From IMG/VR virus record IMGVR_UViG_3300048838_001248, positions 1 to 64,000 of that record: 64,000 bases of DNA. One strand, 5' to 3'. The position numbers were made by a program, and so were the translations under genes. The notes below the pieces were generated by a model. It worked only from the letters and a program-made list of their open reading frames with translations. It searched no databases and was not told the DNA's origin. This DNA is from a virus. Taxonomy: Duplodnaviria; Heunggongvirae; Uroviricota; Caudoviricetes. Positions 37,633 to 45,993 of the stretch are shown piece after piece. How positions within the stretch are numbered: the first letter of the stretch is position 1; each line of letters opens with the position of its first letter.

Positions 37633-38373
37633 TTATTTAAAACTGAACCTTTTGGGTATTTGGAATTCTACACTTAAACCGTGGATGACATCACCAACCC
37701 TGAAGGTATAGTTTGTATATTCTGGCATGCGGAGCACTGACCGTCTGGGAATAAATTTTGTTGGATACATCAGGAAGTTAAGCACGTGTACCATTACCGG
37801 GATTCTGGGTTTCTCTTCTTTGTCTCCCAGCAGCACAACTACCCAGAGTTTACGCTTGAAGTTCTTCACTGCGTAAGGTGAACCATGCTTATACCTGTAG
37901 AAGTCAAAGAAGTGTGTAACATCATTTACATGTTCTGGGGAACGGTATTGTCTTTCATATATGTTTGCACGCTCGTATTGTTTTGTGTCCCTTAAAAACT
38001 TTATCACGTCATCGACTTTAACCAGATGAGACCTGCCCATGCCCCGGAAGTTGTCTTCTGATACTTCTCCCGTCTCATAATATCTTTTTACTGCCTCTTC
38101 AGTGCCGTAGCAATTTACATAATTCAGTGTAAGCTGTTTTTCAAATTCACTTCTGCTGGGGTCTTCCTTTATCTTGTTTATGCTGCTACCATAACCTATA
38201 GAGAATTCGTAGTTCCTGAAATCTAAATTCTGATTCTTTTCCTTTATAGGATAGCTGCAATCTTCGTTTCTCATCCTAACCAGTTTGGCATTTTGCCCTG
38301 AAGCCAGCGCACGCCTTAAATCCAGCAAGCCAGCAAATATGTTTGTTTTCGGAGATGACCAGTTTGTGTTCAT
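37633..38373 (-). CDS. hypothetical protein
   Basis: 246-aa ORF with own promoter and a downstream terminator. Confidence 0.55.
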   Translation of the reverse strand: MNTNWSSPKTNIFAGLLDLRRALASGQNAKLVRMRNEDCSYPIKEKNQNLDFRNYEFSIGYGSSINKIKEDPSRSEFEKQLTLNYVNCYGTEEAVKRYYETGEVSEDNFRGMGRSHLVKVDDVIKFLRDTKQYERANIYERQYRSPEHVNDVTHFFDFYRYKHGSPYAVKNFKRKLWVVVLLGDKEEKPRIPVMVHVLNFLMYPTKFIPRRSVLRMPEYTNYTFRVGDVIHGLSVEFQIPKRFSFK

Positions 38374-38396
38374 GGTTTTATTTATTGGTTATAGTT

Positions 38397-38427
38397 CTTA
38401 TACGTAAACCCGGTTAAAATGTTACAA
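38397..38427 (-). promoter_or_regulatory. phage promoter (minus)
   Basis: CTTATACG-N16-GTTACAA. Confidence 0.55.
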
Positions 38428-38464
38428 AATTACCTATACTTTGTTTACTCAGTAAAGTAAGTAA

Positions 38465-38715
38465 AAGAAGAAACCCCCTTAACCTCGGCTTGGTATGCTC
38501 TTGTGAGCGGACGTGCGGGGTCTCAGGGGGTTTCTCTACACGGTCTGTTAGGCGTAACAGTCGCCACCGTGCAACCATTGCCGTCAGAGTGTCTTAACAG
38601 TTTCTCCTGCTCTCCTACATACGGTCAGTGCCTTTCAGCCATTTCTGCCAACTTCAGTAGCCTATTAACGGTTGGTTTTCACTTCTTAAATATCTTGGTT
38701 AAAGAACGTTTTCTA
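38465..38715 (-). ncRNA. candidate ncRNA (GC-rich, promoter- and terminator-bounded)
   Basis: Promoter 38720-38750; 10-bp GAAACCCCCT/AGGGGGTTTC stem at 38469-38534 then T-rich tail on minus; local GC far above surroundings; no minus-strand ORF. Confidence 0.35.
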
Positions 38716-38719
38716 TATT

Positions 38720-38750
38720 CTTATACGTAAGTCATTCTGAAATGTTACAA
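38720..38750 (-). promoter_or_regulatory. phage promoter of ncRNA candidate
   Basis: CTTATACG-N16-GTTACAA. Confidence 0.5.
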
Positions 38751-39118
38751 ACAGCTTTCACTTTTTTTCTTGGTCTGTAAATAAATTTGCCGTCATTATT
38801 GTTTTTAATTAAAACGAATCCTTGTTTCCGGTAATAGCCGTACAATCGTTTTATGTCTGCACCATATAAATTAGTGGCGTACAATCTGACTTCAATCTGA
38901 TGGTCATCCGCAAAGTTTATTATGTCGGACAATACAGCAGAACCATATCCCAGATTTCTTTGTGACTTTTTAATTTGAATCAATGCCAGATAAATATATG
39001 GTGGTTCTCCGTTATCGTAACAATATTCTAATTTAAGATTTTGGATTTTGTTGATGTACTTTTGTTTTTTTAAATAAAAAACAAACTCATCGAGTTGTGT
39101 CTGGGTAACGTTTTTCAT
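38732..39118 (-). CDS. GNAT-family N-acetyltransferase
   Basis: Motif A RNLGYGSAVLSDII; start moved to MKNVTQ directly after the upstream terminator. Confidence 0.55.
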   Translation of the reverse strand: MKNVTQTQLDEFVFYLKKQKYINKIQNLKLEYCYDNGEPPYIYLALIQIKKSQRNLGYGSAVLSDIINFADDHQIEVRLYATNLYGADIKRLYGYYRKQGFVLIKNNNDGKFIYRPRKKVKAVCNISE

Positions 39119-39123
39119 AAAAA

Positions 39124-39152
39124 ACCCTTTGACATAAATACTTGTCAAAGGG
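39124..39152 (-). terminator. intrinsic terminator
   Basis: CCCTTTGACA..TGTCAAAGGG then T6 on minus; the ATG of the GNAT gene follows directly. Confidence 0.55.
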
Positions 39153-39191
39153 TTTTGCCTCGCACCAATTGTGGACATTGCCACAATATTT

Positions 39192-39818
39192 TTATGCTCT
39201 GGGGTCGCCTTCGAACATCATGGTTGGTTCTTCAACATCGCCTTCCCAGAGGGTCAACAATCTCCATTGACCTTCGATATCGCTGTTCAGCATTTCATTT
39301 GCCTGAGACAAATTGTACACGCAAAAACTCGCATCCATGTCCGGGTGAATCTCACCATCCTGTTCAGTGCCGTCTTCTCCGACAACCTGAAAGCCTATTA
39401 CCTTTGCACATGTTTTTAGTTCTGCTGTTTGAATAACAGAAGAAAGTTGACAGTCATCACACCAACCGAGTTCATCACCTTCAACCTCATCAACAAATTT
39501 CTGACCATCATTTGGTTTCGTCCATGATTTAACCTGAACATGGTCTCCACCACAATGCATACAAAGGTATACACATTTGGTTTTATCAGGGTCGGGATTC
39601 TCCCGTTCTTCTTCCAGTTCGAAATCAAAAACATGTATTTCAGGTACATCCATTTCGTCAACGGCATAATCCTGAATGGCATCAATGAGAGCCAGAATTC
39701 CTTCCAGTGCCTGTCCCTGTTCAACAGTAGTAACAGTATTCATCACCTCAATCAATGCTGATTTCTGTGTTCTGAGGTCTGTCCAGTCGATTCTTTTAAT
39801 AAATTCGGGTGTTTCCAT
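39192..39818 (-). CDS. acidic zinc-finger protein
   Basis: CMHCGG...CDDC; strongly acidic. Confidence 0.5.
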   Translation of the reverse strand: METPEFIKRIDWTDLRTQKSALIEVMNTVTTVEQGQALEGILALIDAIQDYAVDEMDVPEIHVFDFELEEERENPDPDKTKCVYLCMHCGGDHVQVKSWTKPNDGQKFVDEVEGDELGWCDDCQLSSVIQTAELKTCAKVIGFQVVGEDGTEQDGEIHPDMDASFCVYNLSQANEMLNSDIEGQWRLLTLWEGDVEEPTMMFEGDPRA

Positions 39819-39844
39819 TTGTGTGTGGTTTATTGGTTATAATG

Positions 39845-39875
39845 ATTATACGTAAGCTGATTGAATTTGTTACAA
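39845..39875 (-). promoter_or_regulatory. phage promoter (minus)
   Basis: ATTATACG-N16-GTTACAA. Confidence 0.55.
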
Positions 39876-40076
39876 TTCGTCATCATCAAAATCATACTCG
39901 GTAACCTCACCCTCGAAAGTAAATTCGTTTTCTTCATCGTCATCATCATTAGCAAGTCTGCTGAGTTCTGCAAGACTAAGACTTTCAAGAAATGCGAGTT
40001 CCTGTGGGTTATCATTATCACCATTTTTATTTAAAATGGAGTCGATAAGCTGCTGTCTTTGAGATTTTTTTGCCAT
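39870..40076 (-). CDS. small highly acidic protein
   Basis: 68 aa, C-terminal DDDDEENEFTFEGEVTEYDFDDDEL. Confidence 0.45.
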   Translation of the reverse strand: MAKKSQRQQLIDSILNKNGDNDNPQELAFLESLSLAELSRLANDDDDEENEFTFEGEVTEYDFDDDEL

Positions 40077-40112
40077 TTGATTTAAAGTTAAGGTTTATAC
40101 TATTTTATATTT

Positions 40113-40149
40113 ATTATACGAAAAAACCCCGGAAATGTTACATCCGGGG
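40113..40149 (-). promoter_or_regulatory. fused terminator-promoter cassette
   Basis: Hairpin CCCCGGAAATGTTACATCCGGGG carries the -35; the A6 spacer is the terminator T-tract on minus; -10 ATTATACG. Confidence 0.6.
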
Positions 40150-40157
40150 TCTTACTT

Positions 40158-40328
40158 TTATATCTCTCCAAAAGTTTGTTCAATTTCTTCCTGTAATGCA
40201 ACTGCATCTTCAAGAGTGTCACGATATGCCACACCTATTGGACATTCTTCATCGGTGTATTCTTCATCGTCAGTACCAAAGTTATCAATACGTTCGATTT
40301 CAATCCAGATTTTATATTTTGTTGCCAT
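40158..40328 (-). CDS. small acidic protein (56 aa)
   Basis: MATKYKIWIEIERIDNFGTDDEEYTDEE...; not in track. Confidence 0.35.
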   Translation of the reverse strand: MATKYKIWIEIERIDNFGTDDEEYTDEECPIGVAYRDTLEDAVALQEEIEQTFGEI

Positions 40329-40348
40329 AGTGTTTTTAATTAAAAGGG

Positions 40349-40789
40349 TTAAACATCATCTTCATCAGGATTAAGTTCGTCTTCCCAAACAGCAATTGTG
40401 CCATATTGTTCGTTCTGACCATAGACATCAATAATGAAACCCTCTTCAGTTTTAATTAAAAAGATATTGGCATTTTCACCACCGTGAATTTGAATTTCCT
40501 CACGTTCCAGTTCTTTATCAAAACCTTTCTTGATGATTTTGAAATACGTTTCTTCCTCTTTTTCATCCGGCTGTGTTGCTTGTTTTTCAATCCATCTGCG
40601 GAATGCAATAGCAACATCACCATCTGACCAGTTTACAGGGTCTGCGGTTTCGCAAACATCCTCGTAGCAATCCTGAACAATATCCTCAAAGTTTGAAGGT
40701 ATGTCCATTGCGAGAGTTGCCCACATATTAATTAATATGCGTTCAATCTCGTCTTTCTTTTCAACAGTCCAATTTTTTACTTTTCCCAT
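40349..40789 (-). CDS. hypothetical acidic protein
   Basis: Start at MGKVKNW after promoter 40817-40847. Confidence 0.5.
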   Translation of the reverse strand: MGKVKNWTVEKKDEIERILINMWATLAMDIPSNFEDIVQDCYEDVCETADPVNWSDGDVAIAFRRWIEKQATQPDEKEEETYFKIIKKGFDKELEREEIQIHGGENANIFLIKTEEGFIIDVYGQNEQYGTIAVWEDELNPDEDDV

Positions 40790-40816
40790 TTGTTTGTTTT
40801 TATTGGTTTGTACATT

Positions 40817-40858
40817 ATTATACGGAAAAATGCGGTGAATGTTACAAACAAACACCGC
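40817..40858 (-). promoter_or_regulatory. fused terminator-promoter cassette
   Basis: Hairpin GCGGTG-AATGTTACAAACAAA-CACCGC contains the -35. Confidence 0.55.
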
Positions 40859-40878
40859 ATTTTATGCATTGATTAATT

Positions 40879-41394
40879 TTAAATAAAAACTACTTTTCCG
40901 TTTTCGAATTTGAAATTGGTGTTCAGGAGTTCAACACCATCATGGCAATGTTCGCTGACAATCTTAGCCACATGAAACACCAACTTGGTCATTGGTATTA
41001 TGGACAATGGTTGTTTGAAATTTATGTACCTGTATGAATTGCCATTGGGTTTACCAACAACAATGGAAGTTGCAAACAGCTTCTGCATTTTCTTGTCAGC
41101 TTTGGCTTTGAGATACTTCTCAAACTCTTCGTCAATTGCGGTTTCAAGACTTGGTTGATATTCAAAGTTGAATTCTTCTGACTTAACCTTTGGCAAGGTC
41201 TTGAAGTATGCTTCAGCTTCTGCAATAACCTGATTATCTTCTTTTGAGTTTCCACGATAATCGGTGCAACCACCATGACCATCATTCTTTGCATACCCTA
41301 CTTTCTTACCATTAATATAAAGGTCGGCAACAAAGCAGTTTGTTTCCTCAGACATTCTCTCATTGAAACTGATTTTCTTTAATTCGATTTTCAT
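40879..41394 (-). CDS. hypothetical protein
   Basis: 171-aa ORF, no own promoter. Confidence 0.5.
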   Translation of the reverse strand: MKIELKKISFNERMSEETNCFVADLYINGKKVGYAKNDGHGGCTDYRGNSKEDNQVIAEAEAYFKTLPKVKSEEFNFEYQPSLETAIDEEFEKYLKAKADKKMQKLFATSIVVGKPNGNSYRYINFKQPLSIIPMTKLVFHVAKIVSEHCHDGVELLNTNFKFENGKVVFI

Positions 41395-41418
41395 ATTTGT
41401 GATTTTTATTGGTTTATA

Positions 41419-41610
41419 CTATAAACAAAACAAATCAGGAAAGTCACAGGGTTCACTTTTAAATCCACAGTCATAGCATTGAATTTCTTCTGCTTCAATT
41501 CTGTGAAGTATTACTGAACCACAATTGCCACAGGTAACTATATTAATCTTAGCATTGTTTACGATTTCCTGTGATAAGTCGTATTGCTTTTTTAAAGTAT
41601 TCTTTGCCAT
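41419..41610 (-). CDS. zinc-ribbon protein
   Basis: CGNCGS...CYDCG. Confidence 0.45.
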   Translation of the reverse strand: MAKNTLKKQYDLSQEIVNNAKINIVTCGNCGSVILHRIEAEEIQCYDCGFKSEPCDFPDLFCL

Positions 41611-41636
41611 TGTGTTGGTGTTTATTTGTTATAGTT

Positions 41637-41670
41637 ATTATACGAAAAAAACCCTGTAAATGTTACAGGG
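41637..41670 (-). promoter_or_regulatory. fused terminator-promoter cassette
   Basis: Hairpin CCCTGTAAATGTTACAGGG contains the -35; A7 spacer. Confidence 0.55.
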
Positions 41671-41682
41671 TTCTTAGTTTAT

Positions 41683-42513
41683 TTATGCTACTTCCAGTTC
41701 TTGTACATTGATGTATTCAGCACTGTTATTAACATCATTAGGTTGGATAACGAACACTGAATTAAGTACTTGCTTTTCAGCTTCTCGGTTTGCTATGCGT
41801 TTCCATTTCAGACCTACAATCACACCGTTTGCATCTGCAACCCTGTAGTCTGTTAAGTCACCGTTAACAACCTTATAACCTTTGTACAATGCAGGTAGTT
41901 GTTTTTCATTCTTAACATTGAATACCATTGCAATATTGTGTCCGGCTTCAAGAACTGCTTCACATAGTTCCCAATTACGACCTGTGTATGAGAGTGTTAA
42001 ATGATAGTTCGAAGGCTTGTTGTTGAATTTCAGGGGATTTTTGGTATAATCGTAAAACTGAACATCAGGAAAGATTTCGAAGATATTCTTATTGTCAACT
42101 CTTACATTCTGCCAGTCAACATCAGAGGTACAATTCAAACGAACGCTGAAATAAAAACCTTCTGCCTGTGCTTTGGCTTTGGCAACATTGATTTCAGCTA
42201 TAAGCCATGCCATAAAAAATTCAGGTTTTTCATAAAGCATACGAGTTTTTTTGCTTCTGCTGTCCTGTGTTTTGGTCTTACCTGCAAGAATTTCCATTCC
42301 TGCCCTGCCACTTGTATTAAGGCAACCCATTCTGCATTCCGGTGTACTGAAAGCACAAGTATTATAACCACTTGTACGTGCCGGAGCAAGATATAAACCA
42401 TATGTATGTTGGTTAACCTTGCCGTTTTTTGCGAGTTTTGCACTTGCATTGACTTTACCTAAGTAAGATAAGCCAGTCTGTTTCATTGCTTTGCCGATTG
42501 TTGTAAATGTCAT
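41683..42513 (-). CDS. hypothetical protein (Cys cluster CAFSTPECRMGC)
   Basis: 276-aa ORF. Confidence 0.55.
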   Translation of the reverse strand: MTFTTIGKAMKQTGLSYLGKVNASAKLAKNGKVNQHTYGLYLAPARTSGYNTCAFSTPECRMGCLNTSGRAGMEILAGKTKTQDSRSKKTRMLYEKPEFFMAWLIAEINVAKAKAQAEGFYFSVRLNCTSDVDWQNVRVDNKNIFEIFPDVQFYDYTKNPLKFNNKPSNYHLTLSYTGRNWELCEAVLEAGHNIAMVFNVKNEKQLPALYKGYKVVNGDLTDYRVADANGVIVGLKWKRIANREAEKQVLNSVFVIQPNDVNNSAEYINVQELEVA

Positions 42514-42541
42514 ATCTATGGGGTTTTTATTGGTTATGGTT

Positions 42542-42572
42542 ATTATACGGAAATAAATAGTTTTTGTTACAA
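42542..42572 (-). promoter_or_regulatory. phage promoter (minus)
   Basis: ATTATACG-N16-GTTACAA. Confidence 0.55.
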
Positions 42573-42752
42573 TTTAGCTATAGATAATCCAACCATTTCT
42601 TTACTCCATTTATCTGCAGGGTGTTCACCTGTATGGTCATAATAAATACCACATACTTTACATACAAGTGCCGAATAACCCAAACAACCGTCATAGGCTT
42701 TTGCTTTTTTGGGGTCTGTGTTTCCACAACTGCAAGTGAATTTCGTTATCAT
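42567..42752 (-). CDS. zinc-finger protein
   Basis: CSCG...CKVCG. Confidence 0.45.
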   Translation of the reverse strand: MITKFTCSCGNTDPKKAKAYDGCLGYSALVCKVCGIYYDHTGEHPADKWSKEMVGLSIAKL

Positions 42753-42776
42753 AGTTTTATCGTATTGGTTACAGTA

Positions 42777-42807
42777 ATTATACGGATTTTAATTAAAATG
42801 GTTACAG
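42777..42807 (-). promoter_or_regulatory. phage promoter (minus)
   Basis: Spacer contains TTTTAATTAAAA. Confidence 0.55.
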
Positions 42808-42873
42808 TCCTACACGATAAACTGCATGATAAATTGCATTAAAAATGTTACAATTTTGGTAGTAATACTACCT

Positions 42874-42946
42874 AATTTAGAATAATTCTAAAGTCAGAGT
42901 ATAAGGTAGGGTCGGATTACTGCACCCAAGTTTTACCCTGCCTACT
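42874..42946 (-). ncRNA. candidate small RNA, family copy 2
   Basis: Same core as copy 1 (AATTTAGAATAATTCTAAAGTCAGAGTATAAGGTAGGGTCGGAT); own promoter 42948-42978. Confidence 0.4.
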
Positions 42947-42947
42947 T

Positions 42948-42978
42948 ATTATACGGATTTTAATTAAAATGGTTACAA
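42948..42978 (-). promoter_or_regulatory. phage promoter of sRNA copy 2
   Basis: Spacer contains TTTTAATTAAAA. Confidence 0.55.
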
Positions 42979-43002
42979 AAAAAGTGGTCGAAATTGACCA
43001 CT
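42977..43002 (-). terminator. intrinsic terminator fused to the promoter -35
   Basis: AGTGGTCGAAATTGACCACT with T6 on minus running into TTGTAAC. Confidence 0.5.
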
Positions 43003-43013
43003 TTAATTAAAAG

Positions 43014-43229
43014 TTATGAGTTAGAATCAGCTTGGAGCAATCTGTCTTTTTCTTGAATACATTTTTGGTATTCTTGCAGTCCTTGTCCTTTGTGTTCAAT
43101 ACACCAGCCAATATACACGCTATCAATTGAACTTGCAAATGCAGGTGTGAACACTCGGTAATCGTGTAGGTTTTCTGTCCTGCAAACAGTACAACCAACC
43201 GTTCTGCCGTAGTTATTTGTTACTGTCAT
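43014..43229 (-). CDS. hypothetical protein
   Basis: Start at MTVTNNYG just after upstream stop. Confidence 0.4.
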   Translation of the reverse strand: MTVTNNYGRTVGCTVCRTENLHDYRVFTPAFASSIDSVYIGWCIEHKGQGLQEYQKCIQEKDRLLQADSNS

Positions 43230-43231
43230 GG

Positions 43232-43483
43232 TTAAGAATTTACGGTAAATACCCAATCCGTTACACCATGATTAACCTTAGAGGTTACTGATATGCCTCT
43301 TGAACGGAGTTCTGCAGCAATATCATTCATGTTTCTGTGGAGTTCTCTGTCCCAATTAGGATAGTCACAAGTCGCTAACGTGTCTGTGATTACATTTCTG
43401 CGTACCATTCCGGCAACAATTTTGTCTGCCTCTGCATTTACATAGGCTTTCTTTTGTTCTCTGAGTTCTGATAAAGTGTCCAT
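43232..43483 (-). CDS. hypothetical protein
   Basis: 83-aa ORF. Confidence 0.45.
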   Translation of the reverse strand: MDTLSELREQKKAYVNAEADKIVAGMVRRNVITDTLATCDYPNWDRELHRNMNDIAAELRSRGISVTSKVNHGVTDWVFTVNS

Positions 43484-43507
43484 AGTTTTTATGTTTTGGT
43501 TATACTG

Positions 43508-43538
43508 ATTATACGGATTTTAATTAAAAAGGTTACAA
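43508..43538 (-). promoter_or_regulatory. phage promoter (minus)
   Basis: ATTATACG-N16-GTTACAA. Confidence 0.55.
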
Positions 43539-43880
43539 AAGTCTGACGTGCTTTGAACTGATTTTAAATAAAGTCTTTGTCTTGGGGTCTGCAATGATTA
43601 AATCCTGTTTATATACAGGCGTTGATGTATAACTTTTTTTCAAAACATTTTTTTGTCCGGTATAGCAAACCACATAGAAATCATCAGGTTTTAAATCAGC
43701 AAGCCTTTCATAGTCATCGTATTCAAATTCACAATCAATATGACTCATGCTTGAGTAGTCAATAACAACAACACGGTCGCCAATTTCTTTTTTATTGTTG
43801 TCAATAAATTCATCAATGGTTTTATTATTTTTATTTAAAACCTTTCTTATATCATCATCACTAAATAAAAAGTTTTCCAT
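43533..43880 (-). CDS. hypothetical protein
   Basis: 115-aa ORF. Confidence 0.5.
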   Translation of the reverse strand: MENFLFSDDDIRKVLNKNNKTIDEFIDNNKKEIGDRVVVIDYSSMSHIDCEFEYDDYERLADLKPDDFYVVCYTGQKNVLKKSYTSTPVYKQDLIIADPKTKTLFKISSKHVRLL

Positions 43881-43896
43881 GTTATTTGTTTTTTTT

Positions 43897-43934
43897 ATTA
43901 TACGAAAAAACCCCTGAATTGTTACACTCAGGGG
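43897..43934 (-). promoter_or_regulatory. fused terminator-promoter cassette
   Basis: Hairpin CCCCTGAATTGTTACACTCAGGGG contains the -35. Confidence 0.55.
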
Positions 43935-43942
43935 TTTGCATC

Positions 43943-45085
43943 TTAATACTCGAAGTATTTTTTGTATAATCCAATTATGTCTGTTTCTGCCATATCTTTA
44001 AACCTTATGGCTGACAACCGTTCCATTCTCCAACCAACTTTGAGCATTCCGTTGTGACACAACGCACCATACTCATAGATTTTCTTTATCTGAATTGGTG
44101 TCAGGTCAACATTCTTCCTATTAATCTTTTCATTCAAGCAACCTGCAAACTGTACATTGCTGTCATGTATTTTAACCCAACCTTGCTGTTCAAGCCATGC
44201 ATCAGGATTTACCTCATCACCATCAGGAATAATTCCCTTATCCTGCAATGCACTTGCAATCTGAATGTGAAGCATATTTGCAATCTCACCATTGAGAGCA
44301 TAATAATCGCCTTCCGGTGACAACCAACCCGCACTGTAATTATCCATGATATTAACAGGTTCAATGCCTTCGGACATTATCTTGTCGATTTCCTGTGCAG
44401 CTTCAATATAGTTATCCAATATTTCACTTTCTTTCTGAACTTCGGACAAATCACAACGGAGCAATTCAGTGAGTTTTTCTGTTACAAGCTGTAAAACCCT
44501 ACCACTTTCAGAACGATTGGCAACAAGTTCAACTTCATCAGGATAAGTCTTTTTCATCCAATCCATTACGGACATTATCTTCACTGATTTCTCAATATAA
44601 CGTTTGGTAACGTCAATTAGCAGAGCAAGTTGTGATATTTCCTCACTTTCCATCAGGTCGTCAATGATATGTTTGCTGTCACCTGTGGTGATAAAATCAA
44701 TTATCATTGAGTAGTCATAAGTCCTGTACAGTTTCTTGTACTTCATGTGGTACAACATTTCATCAATGGCTTTTTTCAGTCCATTACCATTGGTAGTGAT
44801 TTCACGAATGTTTCCTATGCACCAATCTTTCACGTCAATTCTTGGATATTCATCATCAATACCTTCTTCCCTTTGACCAACCAAAAGCTGTTGACTTTCT
44901 TCATCAACGTGCATAACATAATCGCCTTTCAAGACTTTGAGTTGAAGTTCAGGGGGCAAATCACTTAGCGTATCAAGTGCTTTCTGAATGTTGTGATTAT
45001 AGAGTAAGTGTTCCTGTGCAATCTGCATGAGTAGTTTACCGAAACCTTCTCCAATTCTGAAATGTAATTCTTTAAGTTCTGCCAT
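43943..45085 (-). CDS. hypothetical protein
   Basis: Start at MAELKEL. The track's upstream extension reads through the promoter and a terminator. Confidence 0.55.
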   Translation of the reverse strand: MAELKELHFRIGEGFGKLLMQIAQEHLLYNHNIQKALDTLSDLPPELQLKVLKGDYVMHVDEESQQLLVGQREEGIDDEYPRIDVKDWCIGNIREITTNGNGLKKAIDEMLYHMKYKKLYRTYDYSMIIDFITTGDSKHIIDDLMESEEISQLALLIDVTKRYIEKSVKIMSVMDWMKKTYPDEVELVANRSESGRVLQLVTEKLTELLRCDLSEVQKESEILDNYIEAAQEIDKIMSEGIEPVNIMDNYSAGWLSPEGDYYALNGEIANMLHIQIASALQDKGIIPDGDEVNPDAWLEQQGWVKIHDSNVQFAGCLNEKINRKNVDLTPIQIKKIYEYGALCHNGMLKVGWRMERLSAIRFKDMAETDIIGLYKKYFEY

Positions 45086-45110
45086 TGCTTTATATGTATT
45101 GGTTATACTG

Positions 45111-45141
45111 CTTATACGGAATTTAATTAAAAAGGTTACAA
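45111..45141 (-). promoter_or_regulatory. phage promoter (minus)
   Basis: CTTATACG-N16-GTTACAA. Confidence 0.55.
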
Positions 45142-45151
45142 GAGATGAAAT

Positions 45152-45176
45152 AAAAAACCCCCGCAACCTTTCGGGG
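45152..45176 (-). terminator. intrinsic terminator
   Basis: CCCCG-CAACCTTT-CGGGG with T6 on minus. Confidence 0.5.
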
Positions 45177-45185
45177 CGAGGGGAA

Positions 45186-45490
45186 AAATCTATTCTGGCA
45201 TATGGTTCGGCTACGGGAAACCGGACTAACATATAACACTCAGGGGTGTCCGGTAGAAACATATAAAGCACCGAGGGCATTTTTGGGTTGGTTACCATTT
45301 ATAGAGCCATAAAGGGTGCGGAATTTTGCCTGAACCTACCTTGCAAGGATTTTGAAGAACGGATTTTTATTATCGTTTATGTCTATTATATTAAGTTATT
45401 AATTAAAAAGTTGGTTTTACGGAGAACCTTTGTTTCGTGCTTCCATGTTAACGGCTGTTTTAGGCATTAATAATTAAGAACTATCTTCAT
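45186..45490 (-). ncRNA. candidate ncRNA or leader unit
   Basis: Promoter 45494-45525; intrinsic terminator 45152-45176; only a 16-codon minus-strand ORF. Confidence 0.3.
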
Positions 45491-45493
45491 GCA

Positions 45494-45525
45494 ATTATAC
45501 GAAAACTTTTTGAATTTTGTTACAG
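45494..45525 (-). promoter_or_regulatory. phage promoter (minus) of non-coding unit
   Basis: ATTATACG-N17-GTTACAG. Confidence 0.45.
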
Positions 45526-45540
45526 TTTTTCAGATTATTT

Positions 45541-45720
45541 TTATTCAACAACCATAAATACCTCACCTTCCAGACCTTCATCGAGTTCTGCTTGAACTTC
45601 TGCTTTGCAGTCCTCAATGGTTTCCAAAATTTTACCTGTTTTGCAACCTTCATCACCAATTGTATAGGTGAACGGAACATTAATGGTTACTTCCTGACCT
45701 TTTACTAATTTCTGTGCCAT
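45541..45720 (-). CDS. small protein (59 aa)
   Basis: MAQKLVKGQEVTINVPF...; ATG 27 nt from promoter -10; not in track. Confidence 0.4.
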   Translation of the reverse strand: MAQKLVKGQEVTINVPFTYTIGDEGCKTGKILETIEDCKAEVQAELDEGLEGEVFMVVE

Positions 45721-45746
45721 TGCTTTGATTTTTATTGGTTATACTA

Positions 45747-45777
45747 CTTATACGGAATTTAATTAAAAAAGTTACAA
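45747..45777 (-). promoter_or_regulatory. phage promoter (minus)
   Basis: CTTATACG-N16-GTTACAA. Confidence 0.55.
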
Positions 45778-45990
45778 GTGTGTGGTATAACCACAACCCA
45801 AACATTCACAATAAGGTTTACCACCTTCACGGACTGCAATACCTGCTTTGGGGTATAACCACCATTCAGTTCCACCACATTCAGGACATGGCTGAATACG
45901 TTCTTCAACCGGAATACCTTTGGTTAACTGACTTACTTCCTTGTCGTCAATAAGTCTTAGTTCTGCCTGATAAAATCTGAGTTTGCTCAT
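45772..45990 (-). CDS. zinc-ribbon protein
   Basis: CPECGG...CLGCG. Confidence 0.45.
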   Translation of the reverse strand: MSKLRFYQAELRLIDDKEVSQLTKGIPVEERIQPCPECGGTEWWLYPKAGIAVREGGKPYCECLGCGYTTHL

Positions 45991-45993
45991 GGC

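Noticed and set aside
38503-38730. 75-aa plus-strand ORF in the minus block
   Set aside because: Antisense to a promoter- and terminator-bounded GC-rich non-coding unit. No plus-strand promoter. Composition atypical of this genome's coding DNA.
45086-45298. N-terminal 71 codons of track ORF 43943..45298
   Set aside because: This extension reads through the gene's own promoter (45111-45141) and an intrinsic terminator (45152-45176). The real start is the ATG of MAELKEL at 45085.
45027-45470. Two plus-strand ORFs (69 aa and 60 aa) in the 45.1-45.5 kb intergenic region
   Set aside because: Opposite orientation to the whole block. They overlap a minus-strand terminator and promoter and have no start context.
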